Of a DNA stretch of 64,000 bases, positions 51,471 through 58,227 are shown piece by piece. How positions within the stretch are numbered: position 1 is the stretch's first letter; the number at the start of each line of letters is the position of its first letter. This DNA comes from a virus (Duplodnaviria > Caudoviricetes), in the IMG/VR virus record IMGVR_UViG_3300030708_002798. One strand, given 5' to 3'. Under the pieces are notes generated by a model that saw only the letters and a list, made by a program, of their open reading frames with translations, was not told the DNA's origin and did no database searches. The position numbers and the translations under genes were made by a program.

Positions 51471-52118
51471 TTATTTATTATGCTCCGTCCATCCAAGTGC
51501 TTCTGCAATTACGGGAAACTGACCAGCAAAGATACACTTACATTCGTTAGCAATATCCATGTGCTCCTTCTGAGTACCGTTAGCAGAACGCAAATCGATA
51601 TAATGGATCCATGAGCGCACTGAGCCCGACATGTAAATTTTTGTTGGAGTTGCTAATGGAAGCACAAAGCGGGCACATTCCTTTGCAATTCCCTTATCCA
51701 ACATTGCTTGATACAGATCCATACCTTCAGCAAAGTATCTTTGAATCTGAATCTCAAACTCTTGCTTGGTGAACTCATCAATGTCATCAATAGAGTTTTG
51801 ACGATTCTTTGTGTCTTGACGACGTAGATCGAACATTGGAATCTGTTCAGCAAGCAGAGATGAATCTGCATACCGTTGAGAAAACTCTTGATATGTAAAT
51901 GAACGGTGGCGCAAAATTTGAGCTGCCAGTCCTCTGGTAGTATTGATTTCCAGAGTCATAAATGCCATCTCAAAGATACTCCAGTGCTTGTGATTGATAC
52001 AATACTTGAGTAGTCCAGCAATCTTTTCGTTCTCTTGATTTGCAGGATTGCTTACACGGGCACAATATGCAATATTCTTCTCCGCATCAGGTGTGACAGA
52101 GATCAGTTTAACATTCAT
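51471..52118 (-). CDS. thyX: flavin-dependent thymidylate synthase
   Basis: H.SIFE, QILRHRSF.YQEFSQRY and ARFVLP signatures. Confidence 0.95.
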   Translation of the reverse strand: MNVKLISVTPDAEKNIAYCARVSNPANQENEKIAGLLKYCINHKHWSIFEMAFMTLEINTTRGLAAQILRHRSFTYQEFSQRYADSSLLAEQIPMFDLRRQDTKNRQNSIDDIDEFTKQEFEIQIQRYFAEGMDLYQAMLDKGIAKECARFVLPLATPTKIYMSGSVRSWIHYIDLRSANGTQKEHMDIANECKCIFAGQFPVIAEALGWTEHNK

Positions 52119-52287
52119 CTTTTTTAAATTGTTTACGACATTTTTTAACTTCTTTCAGCTCTTCCTTGATCATCTGGTAGGCATCTTCAGGAGAGATTCT
52201 CCTCGACATCTCCATAGCAGTGATCACTTCAACTCTAGTGCCAAAATGTTTTAGTGCTTCTTCAAAGCAGTTCAGCTCTTCATACAT
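52108..52287 (-). CDS. small hypothetical protein (59 aa, MYEELNCFEEALKHFG...)
   Basis: hand translation; TGATG coupling to the upstream ORF. Confidence 0.7.
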   Translation of the reverse strand: MYEELNCFEEALKHFGTRVEVITAMEMSRRISPEDAYQMIKEELKEVKKCRKQFKKDEC

Positions 52288-52448
52288 CAGTCTGGATACC
52301 CATCGTCATCGTCAACAAAAACTTCATCGTAGTCTGTAATCTCTGGTCGATTTACATATGCTTCTGGTTCCGAATAGACTTCAGACTCCAATGCTTCCAC
52401 AAGCAATTTCAGATTTCTTACTATCAATTTAAGTTTGTCTCTTTCCAT
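52287..52448 (-). CDS. small acidic hypothetical protein (53 aa, MERDKLKLIVRNLKLL...)
   Basis: hand translation; first ORF after the sigma70 promoter. Confidence 0.7.
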   Translation of the reverse strand: MERDKLKLIVRNLKLLVEALESEVYSEPEAYVNRPEITDYDEVFVDDDDGYPD

Positions 52449-52469
52449 AGCATATGAACTACTCCACTA

Positions 52470-52498
52470 ATTATAAGCATAAAAAAAGGACCTGTCAA
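52470..52498 (-). promoter_or_regulatory. consensus sigma70 promoter overlapping a terminator
   Basis: TTGACA-17 bp-TATAAT. Confidence 0.8.
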
Positions 52499-52507
52499 GC
52501 AGGTCCT
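52481..52507 (-). terminator. intrinsic terminator ending the riboswitch-led transcript
   Basis: AGGACCTG-CTTGA-CAGGTCCT followed by a T run. Confidence 0.8.
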
Positions 52508-52524
52508 CTATTTACTCTATCTTC

Positions 52525-52617
52525 TCACTTAGACAGTAGAAGAATCTCCCCGTAAAGTAAGGACATTCCAGCAATACATCCCAAAGTAATTATCCCTGTG
52601 ATTTGTAGTGCTTCCAT
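52525..52617 (-). CDS. 30-aa hydrophobic peptide (MEALQITGIITLGCIAGMSLLYGEILLLSK)
   Basis: hand translation; GAGG RBS; single membrane-helix character. Confidence 0.6.
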   Translation of the reverse strand: MEALQITGIITLGCIAGMSLLYGEILLLSK

Positions 52618-52624
52618 AATTGCC

Positions 52625-52789
52625 TCACTTGACGTATGTGCGACCACGGTAGCAGAAAACACCATGTGTTTGGTCACCTGACTGCTTGCACTCATACTTT
52701 ACACCACGATATGCGGTGTGAGTAATCTGTGCATCGTGAAGTGCTGCTGCCTTTTGGATTTGCTTTTTGATTAGAGTAAGTGTGTTCAT
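52625..52789 (-). CDS. 54-aa YRG-motif peptide (DUF4278-like)
   Basis: contains AYRGVKY and CYRGRTY; lies just downstream of the riboswitch-like RNA. Confidence 0.7.
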   Translation of the reverse strand: MNTLTLIKKQIQKAAALHDAQITHTAYRGVKYECKQSGDQTHGVFCYRGRTYVK

Positions 52790-52859
52790 TTGTCGTTACC
52801 TGAAATACTAGGGTGAAATTAACCTTCTCATCTTTCGATGGATCCGTTTTCCCGTTCCT

Positions 52860-53027
52860 TCAGTCGTTTGCGTCCCAATAGTAATCACATTCTGGCACAG
52901 AGTCCTTAATGGTCTCCACTAGTTCAACTTGAATTTTAGGTTCAAGATGTTCTTGTGCCTTTATTCTGAGCATTAATGCATCAGCATCAGCACAGGTCAT
53001 AGTTGAATACAGAAGTAATTCAAGCAT
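52860..53027 (-). CDS. 55-aa ORF nested in aptamer 2 (MLELLLYSTMTC...ECDYYWDAND)
   Basis: hand translation; GGAG 10 nt upstream; resembles the 66-aa neighbour. Confidence 0.7.
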   Translation of the reverse strand: MLELLLYSTMTCADADALMLRIKAQEHLEPKIQVELVETIKDSVPECDYYWDAND

Positions 53028-53062
53028 GGGATGAACGCTCCGTTCCGCGACTTACTTGCGTC

Positions 53063-53263
53063 CTATGTATAAATACCGTCACACTGACCTTCCACCTTTG
53101 TCTTGAGATACCCAATAAGATTTAACTTTGACCGTAGGTCTAGGTTAGGATCTGCTTGGATCTCTACTCGTCTTTGGAGGAACCTTTCACAAGACATATG
53201 CCATCCGTAAGGATTGCCGTCATCATGATGGGCAAGGGTCAATGCCAACAGTATGTTTAACAT
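53063..53263 (-). CDS. 66-aa ORF nested in aptamer 1 (MLNILLALTLAHH...QCDGIYT)
   Basis: start moved downstream of the promoter; hydrophobic N-terminus; two Cys. Confidence 0.7.
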   Translation of the reverse strand: MLNILLALTLAHHDDGNPYGWHMSCERFLQRRVEIQADPNLDLRSKLNLIGYLKTKVEGQCDGIYT

Positions 53264-53282
53264 GTTGGATGAACGTAGGTCT

Positions 53283-53311
53283 ATTATAGACCGTATGTAA
53301 TATATAGTCAA
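53283..53311 (-). promoter_or_regulatory. sigma70-type promoter of the riboswitch transcript
   Basis: TTGACT-17 bp-TATAAT; CGTTC begins 8 nt after the -10. Confidence 0.8.
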
Positions 53312-53318
53312 GCAGTTG

Positions 53319-53334
53319 TGTATAACGTGATACA
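53319..53334. promoter_or_regulatory. NtcA-type binding site
   Basis: TGTA-TAACGTGA-TACA matches TGTA-N8-TACA. Confidence 0.6.
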
Positions 53335-53337
53335 ATT

Positions 53338-54492
53338 ATGAATTTGCGTAAAAAAGATTGCAAAATTGCCATCATTGGAACTGGAAACGCAGGTATCATT
53401 TCCGCAATAATGGTGATTTATACTTATAGATTATTAAATTTAGATGAACCTAGATTAACTATGTTTCATGACTCAAAGGTTCCCACAGAACTTACAGGTC
53501 AAGGAACTACTTTGAACATCTCACACGCAATTGAAAGAATTGTTTGCGATGAAGACTTGAACAATCCCGCAGGCATAACACCCAAAGTAGGATTTTATTA
53601 TAGAGGTTGGGGTAAGAAGAATGAAAAAATATTCTACAAATTGGGTGAAAATTCTATGGCATATCACTTCGATCCACCAAAATTAAGACAAGCATTTCTA
53701 GACAAAGATCTAGTTGATGTCATAGAAAAACATGTTACTCCAGAAGATATTAAAGATGACTTCGATTTAATTATTGATTGTCGAGGCAAATCAGTAAATA
53801 ACTGGGATGAATATTATGATATGCCAAGTCCAACAAATTATTGTTTACTTGGAAGAACTAGAGATGGAAGACCTCCAGAAGTATGGACAGAACATATTGC
53901 TACTCCAGATGGATGGACTTTTAAGATTCCACTAGAAGATGGATACTCATATGGATACTTATTCAATGATAAAATTACAAGTCCAGAGATAGCAGAAAAG
54001 AACTTTGATGAAATGTTTGGTATAAAAACACTTCACAAAGTTCCTTTTAAAGGATATTTAAGTAAGAACTATTATGATCCAAAGAATAAAACCCTATTAA
54101 ATGGTAATAGATTATTTTTCTTTGAGCCTTTAGAATCTAATGCTACACCAATGTATGGAATTGCTGTAAATGAATTTATTAATTCAGTAATACGTCATGG
54201 TGAAAGAGGTGCAGTATATGCTAAAAAGAAATATCAAATTCTAATTCAAGAGACTTATCAATGGGTTATGTGGCATTATATGTATGGATCAAAATATGAT
54301 AGTGAGTTTTGGAAATATGCACAAGACCAATCTAAGAACTACAAATATTCAAAACACTTTACATACTTGATCAATTATGTCAGAAAGACTTGTAACTGGG
54401 AAAAGTTTGTAGATCAATATGAATTTCCTGATCGTATCATATCGGAATTTGATTACACAGACTATGCTACATGGTACTTCAATAACGTTTAG
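53338..54492 (+). CDS. tryptophan halogenase-like flavoprotein
   Basis: GTGNAG, K.G....GW, IDCRG, GWTFKIP, FFEPLES. Confidence 0.8.
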   Translation: MNLRKKDCKIAIIGTGNAGIISAIMVIYTYRLLNLDEPRLTMFHDSKVPTELTGQGTTLNISHAIERIVCDEDLNNPAGITPKVGFYYRGWGKKNEKIFYKLGENSMAYHFDPPKLRQAFLDKDLVDVIEKHVTPEDIKDDFDLIIDCRGKSVNNWDEYYDMPSPTNYCLLGRTRDGRPPEVWTEHIATPDGWTFKIPLEDGYSYGYLFNDKITSPEIAEKNFDEMFGIKTLHKVPFKGYLSKNYYDPKNKTLLNGNRLFFFEPLESNATPMYGIAVNEFINSVIRHGERGAVYAKKKYQILIQETYQWVMWHYMYGSKYDSEFWKYAQDQSKNYKYSKHFTYLINYVRKTCNWEKFVDQYEFPDRIISEFDYTDYATWYFNNV

Positions 54493-54728
54493 GCAATAGT
54501 ACCATTAGAGTTTAGATACCTAAGGGTTTCTTTTAGAGTTCCCCGATGGGTCAAACCAATTGCAATTTGTGGATACTCTGCTTCACTTCCAAACTCTGCT
54601 CTGAACTGACGATCACTAAAGTCTGCACCTAAAAGAAATTCTTTAACCTCTTCACCTAGACTTTCCAAAAGCATCCTTGCTCTTTCAGATTCTTGACTTC
54701 CGTTACTGTAAATCAATACTTGTTTCAT
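54489..54728 (-). CDS. glutaredoxin-like protein with no cysteines
   Basis: aligns with 57878..58114 (IYS, LG.D, FG, PQ, T..YL) but has SQES where CPYC is. Confidence 0.7.
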   Translation of the reverse strand: MKQVLIYSNGSQESERARMLLESLGEEVKEFLLGADFSDRQFRAEFGSEAEYPQIAIGLTHRGTLKETLRYLNSNGTIA

Positions 54729-54952
54729 TTTTTCTTGCGGTTGTACTCGATTACAATCTTTTGATGTTCAGTAGTCCTATCGCAACAGGTAACATAGGTT
54801 GCTTTAGCACCTAAAAGTTCTTCAATTTTTTCTACCAAATTCTTAGCAATATTCAGTTTAGTTGGTTCTTCCCAATTAGAACCTTCCACTAATTTAGTCA
54901 CACCTTCTAGATGATTTTCCACAGCAATTTCTCTAAAGTTGTCGTCAATCAC
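54725..54952 (-). CDS. hypothetical protein (probable GTG start)
   Basis: GGAGG RBS before the GTG at 54952. Confidence 0.65.
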   Translation of the reverse strand: MIDDNFREIAVENHLEGVTKLVEGSNWEEPTKLNIAKNLVEKIEELLGAKATYVTCCDRTTEHQKIVIEYNRKKK

Positions 54953-55034
54953 GTTTCCTCCATTCATCAATCTGTTCTTGAGTGGGAACAATAATAGAGA
55001 AAGCAAGTCCTTCCTCTTCAAACTCCTCATTCAT
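54945..55034 (-). CDS. 29-aa hypothetical peptide (MNEEFEEEGLAFSIIVPTQEQIDEWRKRD)
   Basis: hand translation; fills the gap and overlaps the next start. Confidence 0.4.
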   Translation of the reverse strand: MNEEFEEEGLAFSIIVPTQEQIDEWRKRD

Positions 55035-55068
55035 TTTTTCATATGTCTCAGGAGTAATCTTTTCAAAT

Positions 55069-55383
55069 TCAGTCACGTTGTCTCCAATCATCAGGTTTAT
55101 CACGTTGGAACCAATCTACAATTTCATCAGCACCATCAAACCCCGTTTTGTAATTAGATGGGTCGGGGTCACCAAGTCCCATCCTATTCATAAAATCATC
55201 AATACTACCCTCCTCAATATCTTGAGCAGCCTGACGACGTGCTTTGTTTAACCAATCTCTAGCAAGTGTATGACGTTTGGCAAGTTTCTCTGCCCAAATC
55301 ATATCTTCCAAAGGAACTTGTTCCTTGTTTGCAATGCACCTACAAATGGATTCGAGTCTGAGTCGATAGGCAGTTGATAGCAT
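55069..55383 (-). CDS. conserved hypothetical protein
   Basis: 104 aa MLSTAYRLRLE..MIWAEKL..DWRQRD. Confidence 0.75.
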   Translation of the reverse strand: MLSTAYRLRLESICRCIANKEQVPLEDMIWAEKLAKRHTLARDWLNKARRQAAQDIEEGSIDDFMNRMGLGDPDPSNYKTGFDGADEIVDWFQRDKPDDWRQRD

Positions 55384-55384
55384 A

Positions 55385-55594
55385 TTAGTCCCGCAGTTTT
55401 AACTCAAGGTCTTCTAACTTATGATACTCCGCATGTGCTCGTTCTTGACGGACACATACAATATCCAGAATGTCATTAACAATTACCTGATTGTCAACAT
55501 AATCATCCAAGTACTTATCGATTGCTTCTTTTAAGTATCGATACCTATGCCACTCTGGACTGTACGGTTTGTAATCCATAATAAGGTCATTCAT
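55385..55594 (-). CDS. hypothetical protein
   Basis: 69 aa, downstream of a promoter. Confidence 0.7.
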   Translation of the reverse strand: MNDLIMDYKPYSPEWHRYRYLKEAIDKYLDDYVDNQVIVNDILDIVCVRQERAHAEYHKLEDLELKLRD

Positions 55595-55602
55595 ATTTCA
55601 GG

Positions 55603-55631
55603 ATTATACATGCAACTCGACAAGATGTCAA
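55603..55631 (-). promoter_or_regulatory. consensus sigma70 promoter
   Basis: TTGACA-17 bp-TATAAT. Confidence 0.8.
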
Positions 55632-55644
55632 GGCATGTTTTTAT

Positions 55645-55866
55645 TTAGAGATCGATGTCTTTGGCTTCTTCGATCAGTTTACTAACCATTTCCTCAGTCC
55701 CATCCATAGTTTTGATCTGGAAGAGAGAAGACTTCATATACTTCTTAATTTTTTTATACTCCTTTAGGAGATTATCAACTTCACGTTGATCGATAGTAAC
55801 TTTTGCTTTACCATCTCGGGAATCATCTACATTATTATTAGTGAATCCGCCAAAACCTTTTGTCAT
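55645..55866 (-). CDS. hypothetical protein
   Basis: 73 aa MTKGFGG... Confidence 0.7.
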   Translation of the reverse strand: MTKGFGGFTNNNVDDSRDGKAKVTIDQREVDNLLKEYKKIKKYMKSSLFQIKTMDGTEEMVSKLIEEAKDIDL

Positions 55867-55872
55867 TTTTCT

Positions 55873-56361
55873 TTATGCGTATTTTATGGCAATAGTGAAT
55901 CTATGATTTTTTCTATATGATGTTGCTCGATGCAAAATATTAGATTCAAAATAGCACATTCTATTTGGAACAGGCAAAACATTTCCAGATTCATTATCAA
56001 TAATGAATTGTGTTTCCCCATTATTATCTAAATCAAATTCTGGATTAACATAATATATGCATGTAATACCAGTTTCATTATCTATATGAAAGTAAGGATT
56101 TTCCCCAGGAGCAAAACAATTAATATACATCCTGTAGACAGATAAGTTAGAAACTTCTGGGATAGATTTTTTAATCTTATCCAATATCATGTCAGAAATT
56201 TCTAACTCTAAAATCTCTGACACCATACCAACAGGAGGTTTATCGGCAGTATCTGCTTCACCATAAAAGTATGGTGCTTTCATACAATAGTCAAATATCT
56301 TTTTATATTCTTCTTCTGTAAAGAAGTTATCAATATGTTTGACTAAACTGCCTTCACTCAT
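55873..56361 (-). CDS. 2OG-Fe(II) oxygenase
   Basis: HID...H.A....RFTIA (HxD...H...R). Confidence 0.85.
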   Translation of the reverse strand: MSEGSLVKHIDNFFTEEEYKKIFDYCMKAPYFYGEADTADKPPVGMVSEILELEISDMILDKIKKSIPEVSNLSVYRMYINCFAPGENPYFHIDNETGITCIYYVNPEFDLDNNGETQFIIDNESGNVLPVPNRMCYFESNILHRATSYRKNHRFTIAIKYA

Positions 56362-56621
56362 TTCTTTTCTTTTTTACTGTCCTTTGGAGTATAACCCCAT
56401 AGTTTCGGATTGATTCTTCCTTCCGTTTGATTGAAAGTTATAAAATCTTCCCTATAAGTATCGTAGTAATGGTCAAAGATATCAACAGTTTTATTTGACA
56501 TCACAATATCATAATGAATTGTTTTACCAAGTACATACTCAACTAAAAAGGAGTTGGTAGGCAACTCCTTATTGTTTGCTAGATCAGGATCACAATCTTG
56601 ATGAATAATCTTAAACTTCAA
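56358..56621 (-). CDS. hypothetical protein
   Basis: 87 aa, 4-nt overlaps at both ends. Confidence 0.7.
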   Translation of the reverse strand: MKFKIIHQDCDPDLANNKELPTNSFLVEYVLGKTIHYDIVMSNKTVDIFDHYYDTYREDFITFNQTEGRINPKLWGYTPKDSKKEKK

Positions 56622-57190
56622 CTACGACCTCCCCATTTAATATCAGGATATGCTTGCTCAACATTTGCCTTAGTAATTTTATACTTAGACTGAAGTCTCT
56701 TATCTTTTACAAGACAAAGAATTTCTGCCTCTTCTGGATGAAGACCTTCAAGAATGTTGATGAACATGACTTCTCTCCGAATAGAAGAGAGTGAATCATT
56801 ACCACCTTTTACAAAGTTGTAAAACTTACTGCACTCCTTTCGGATAGAAGTCTTCTTTGCTCTCTGGGACTCTTCAGCAATGCTGTTATTGACTTTCCCA
56901 GATGCTTTAATTTTATCAGAAAGATTGCCAGATGCTGTTACGTCTTCCTTAAGATTGCCGTATGGCACATCACCAGGTGGAAGTACTGAGATCACTGATT
57001 CATCAAAATTCCAAAGGAGCAAAGTCTTCAAAGCAAGGTTATCATTCTTCTGAAGAACCTCTACTTTTTTAGCACCACTCCTTTGCTTTGATACCAACTC
57101 AAGGATCTCATGCATAAAGGCATTGCTTGGAAGATCAGGAATCGTCGCCGTCTTCTTCCGTTTCGTAGTAGTCGTCATAACTGTTTTCAA
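56618..57190 (-). CDS. conserved T4-like phage hypothetical protein
   Basis: LP.GDVPY..RRE.MFI..LEGLHP.EAE. Confidence 0.75.
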   Translation of the reverse strand: MKTVMTTTTKRKKTATIPDLPSNAFMHEILELVSKQRSGAKKVEVLQKNDNLALKTLLLWNFDESVISVLPPGDVPYGNLKEDVTASGNLSDKIKASGKVNNSIAEESQRAKKTSIRKECSKFYNFVKGGNDSLSSIRREVMFINILEGLHPEEAEILCLVKDKRLQSKYKITKANVEQAYPDIKWGGRS

Positions 57191-57365
57191 ATCGTACTGC
57201 TAAAATTTCATCAGGTAAAATATTACCATTTTCATCGAACATTTCGGGATGGGTATACCCTTTATAAGAATACAAGTTCTCTTTCACTAAGAATCCAATA
57301 ATTAAACCGAGTGCTAGTAAGCATAATCCTAACACTGTACTGATTGCTATGAGTGCTGCTTGCAT
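57135..57365 (-). CDS. small membrane protein
   Basis: N-terminal TM helix, HPEMFDENGN. Confidence 0.7.
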   Translation of the reverse strand: MQAALIAISTVLGLCLLALGLIIGFLVKENLYSYKGYTHPEMFDENGNILPDEILAVRFENSYDDYYETEEDGDDS

Positions 57366-57556
57366 GGATCTTCTCTCCGAGAACGTTTTTTAATTTCAAA
57401 AGTCATCTCAAGTTTGAACAATTTTATGTTCAGTTGAAATGTCTTTTCTTCTGGCTTTACGATCTCCCTCCCTGTTTCTAACATTAGTTCCAGTCCACGA
57501 TCAACGTGGATCTCTGGACTATTTAGATTTTTTCTTAAACCGTTTTCCTTTGTCAT
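57347..57556 (-). CDS. hypothetical protein
   Basis: 69 aa, fills the gap between neighbours. Confidence 0.5.
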   Translation of the reverse strand: MTKENGLRKNLNSPEIHVDRGLELMLETGREIVKPEEKTFQLNIKLFKLEMTFEIKKRSRREDPCKQHS

Positions 57557-57878
57557 TTCTATACCTTACAACGTCTTCGATAATGCCGTCAAGGTATATC
57601 TTAACTTTCCTTGCAATTGGTTTTGACATATATCCATATGCCTCACGAAGTTGCTTATGAACATCATCGGATCCTCCTTCAATATATGCAGCAAGATCTT
57701 CACTCATATCCGCCACAGAAGAAAAACAAGCACTGTCGAGCATCTCTTTGATATCATCTCGGGTGTACTTGTTTTCCCTCAGATAATCATATAAATTTAA
57801 GTTCAATTTTGTTCTCAAAAAAGCATCATCTATTGCACCTTCAACAAGATCATAGACTTCTGCTATTTTCTGTTTCAT
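57519..57878 (-). CDS. hypothetical protein
   Basis: 119 aa QLREAYG..KP.ARK; coupled to the glutaredoxin stop. Confidence 0.7.
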   Translation of the reverse strand: MKQKIAEVYDLVEGAIDDAFLRTKLNLNLYDYLRENKYTRDDIKEMLDSACFSSVADMSEDLAAYIEGGSDDVHKQLREAYGYMSKPIARKVKIYLDGIIEDVVRYRNDKGKRFKKKSK

Positions 57879-58114
57879 CAGATTACGTTATTTTCTCGTA
57901 GGTATTTTACAGTATCAGTGCATCCACCGAGGAACTGATCATCATCTAGGACCACTTGTGGGAAAGTAGATCCCTCACCAAATTTAGCATAGAATTCCTC
58001 ACGGGTATAGTCTACACCAAGTTTAATTACAACATGCTTCAATTCGGCAAGATCCATGATGTTCTTAATCTTGTCACAATATGGACAACCGTATTTTGAA
58101 TAGATTGTGTACAT
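57878..58114 (-). CDS. nrdC: glutaredoxin
   Basis: CPYC, TFPQV, LGGC. Confidence 0.9.
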   Translation of the reverse strand: MYTIYSKYGCPYCDKIKNIMDLAELKHVVIKLGVDYTREEFYAKFGEGSTFPQVVLDDDQFLGGCTDTVKYLRENNVI

Positions 58115-58143
58115 TTGATTTTTTTACTCCGAAGGGTGATGAA

Positions 58144-58172
58144 AGTATAACATGTTAGTTATGAATATGCAA
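58144..58172 (-). promoter_or_regulatory. sigma70-type promoter
   Basis: TTGCAT-17 bp-TATACT. Confidence 0.6.
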
Positions 58173-58173
58173 T

Positions 58174-58200
58174 AAAAAAGAGTCTGTATAAGACTCTTTT
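58174..58200. terminator. bidirectional-type terminator
   Basis: AAAAAAGAGTC-TGTATAA-GACTCTTTT. Confidence 0.7.
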
Positions 58201-58227
58201 AAAGTATTCATTTTTTATATAGCAGTT

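Larger units (their letters stand above)
52796..53277 (-). ncRNA. double glutamine-riboswitch-like RNA (glnA / Downstream-peptide class) with ORFs in both P2 loops
   Basis: two copies of CGTTCATCC...GGACGCAA...GGAACGG; AGTA/GAA flanking AGTCG/CGACT; begins at the predicted TSS. Confidence 0.7.

Noticed and set aside
53264-53335. N-terminal 24 aa of the 90-aa ORF-track call 53063..53335
   Set aside because: This stretch is the promoter and NtcA-type box; the ATG at 53263 downstream of the TSS is more plausible.
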